DNA of 64,000 nucleotides, from the NCBI GenBank assembly GCA_963719035.1, contig CAVRAO010000006.1:1-64000 (forward strand). Reading direction: 5' to 3'. How positions within the stretch are numbered: position 1 is the first letter of the stretch; every line of letters starts with the position of its first letter. The DNA comes from Methanobacteriota archaeon. GTDB lineage: Archaea > Halobacteriota > Bog-38 > Methanoflorentales > Methanoflorentaceae. Positions 62,921 through 64,000 of the stretch are shown here, in pieces. A program made the position numbers and the translations under genes. The notes beneath the pieces are model-generated. The model made no database searches, was not told the origin of the DNA, and saw nothing but the letters and a program-made list of their open reading frames with translations.

Positions 62921-63430
62921 ATGGACGCGATAGAAGCGATTGAAACGCGCAGAAGCGTGCGACGATATGAAAACAAACAGATTGACGATGAGAGCGTGAA
63001 GCGACTCCTCTCGGCAGCGATGAATGCACCATCGGCAGCGAACGAACAGCCGTGGGAGTTCATCGTCATAAAAGACCGCGAGATGCTCGACGCTATTCCG
63101 ACCTACAGCCCATTTGCGAGGATGGTAACGCATGCACCCCTTGGTATTCTGATCTGCGGCGATACGCGGAACGTGATCGCCCCTGGATTTTGGGTGCAAG
63201 ACTGTGCTGCCGCCACACAGAACCTGCTCATAGCCGCTCACGCGCTAGGATTGGGCGCGGTGTGGACCGGGGTGTACCCGATGGAGCGACAGGTCGCTGG
63301 GTTTACTAAGCAATGCCAGCTCCCCGAGGGCGTCGTGCCGCTTGCATTTGTGGTGGTGGGTTATCCGGCTGAGACGCCGCCGAAACAAAACAGGTTCGAC
63401 CCGGACCGGATTCATGCAAACGTGTGGTGA
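62921..63430 (+). CDS. Nitroreductase family protein
   Basis: RRSVRRY, APSAANEQPWEF, QDCAAATQNLLIAAHALGLGAVW. Confidence 0.95.
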   Translation: MDAIEAIETRRSVRRYENKQIDDESVKRLLSAAMNAPSAANEQPWEFIVIKDREMLDAIPTYSPFARMVTHAPLGILICGDTRNVIAPGFWVQDCAAATQNLLIAAHALGLGAVWTGVYPMERQVAGFTKQCQLPEGVVPLAFVVVGYPAETPPKQNRFDPDRIHANVW

Positions 63431-63622
63431 CCTAACCGACGCTCTAATTTGCCGTCGGCCCAGCAGAACGTGAGCTTGTCGATTAACAAAAGCCGCATAT
63501 AAAAAAACAAGCAACGCTGCTAGAGCACTTTATCCTTACTGAAACGCTTAAGTACGGTTATATCTTAACATATATCTAAAGACTAATCAAACAGCGATAA
63601 TCTGTTTCGCTGCGGAGTTTTC

Positions 63623-64000
63623 ATGGACGAACAATTGATCGAGTTGTTTGAAAAAGCAGAAACGTTGTCTGACATCTTTGAAGTCGTTAAAGCAACGGTC
63701 GAAAAGACGACAGGAAAGAGCAGAGGCGGCATCATGCTGGGCTTGGCGAACCTCGGCAACCAACCGAACGGCTTCTTCGGCGCTTTCTACCCGGTCGGCT
63801 CCAATATCATCGTCATGAACAACGTGCCCCTGCAGCGCATCAAGGAGACCGACCCCTCATTGTGGAAGCCCTACGTGTTTCACGTGCAACTCCACGAGTA
63901 CATGCATTCATTGGGCTACCTCAGCGAGAGCGCCGTGAGATCACGCGTACTCACAATCACCAAGAGCGTCTTTGGCGACGAGCACCCCGCGACGCTTCTC
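63623..64000 (+). CDS. Protein with HExxH zinc-metallopeptidase motif (runs off window end)
   Basis: Manual translation MDEQLIELFEK...FHVQLHEYMHSLG; absent from the ORF track because it has no stop in the window. Confidence 0.8.
   Translation, partial: MDEQLIELFEKAETLSDIFEVVKATVEKTTGKSRGGIMLGLANLGNQPNGFFGAFYPVGSNIIVMNNVPLQRIKETDPSLWKPYVFHVQLHEYMHSLGYLSESAVRSRVLTITKSVFGDEHPATLL

Noticed and set aside
693-63514. Numerous antisense and alternate-frame ORFs in the track (e.g. 10400-11092, 27676-28218, 37280-37921)
   Set aside because: They overlap well-supported genes, lack motifs and are expected shadows in GC-rich coding DNA

Overview
Archaeal chromosomal window, most consistent with a methanogen-like member of Halobacteriota. 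The evidence is TBP, LonB, UPF0147, F420 biosynthesis cofG/cofC, ADH synthase, a PGF-CTERM protein and GGAGGTGA-type RBSs; the exact lineage cannot be fixed from sequence alone. Most of the window is housekeeping: feoB with a DtxR regulator, purC, ilvE, cimA/leuA-ilvBNC, metG, hisAB, tRNA-Arg(CCG), MrfAB-type repair and a HicBA module. About nine genes are broken by frameshifts, mostly single-base indels in short homopolymers, which most likely reflects long-read assembly error. The most notable observations are: (1) an intact 669-aa fusion of a PriL-like 4-Cys (Fe-S) domain to a DnaB-like helicase whose ATPase motifs are erased; (2) a divergent cluster of bacterial-type metK plus glycosyltransferases opposite ahcY, an APH-type kinase, a divergent APS-kinase-like protein and an IMPase; (3) a secreted, PGF-CTERM-anchored protein with a single CxxCH motif; (4) an FTR, lipoprotein-thioredoxin and CcdA operon; (5) a three-gene membrane transhydrogenase; (6) a Cys-rich PadR paired with a His/Cys-rich mini-protein. 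No CRISPR array, rRNA, integrase or transposase was seen. All family assignments come from motif recognition by eye, not from database searches.
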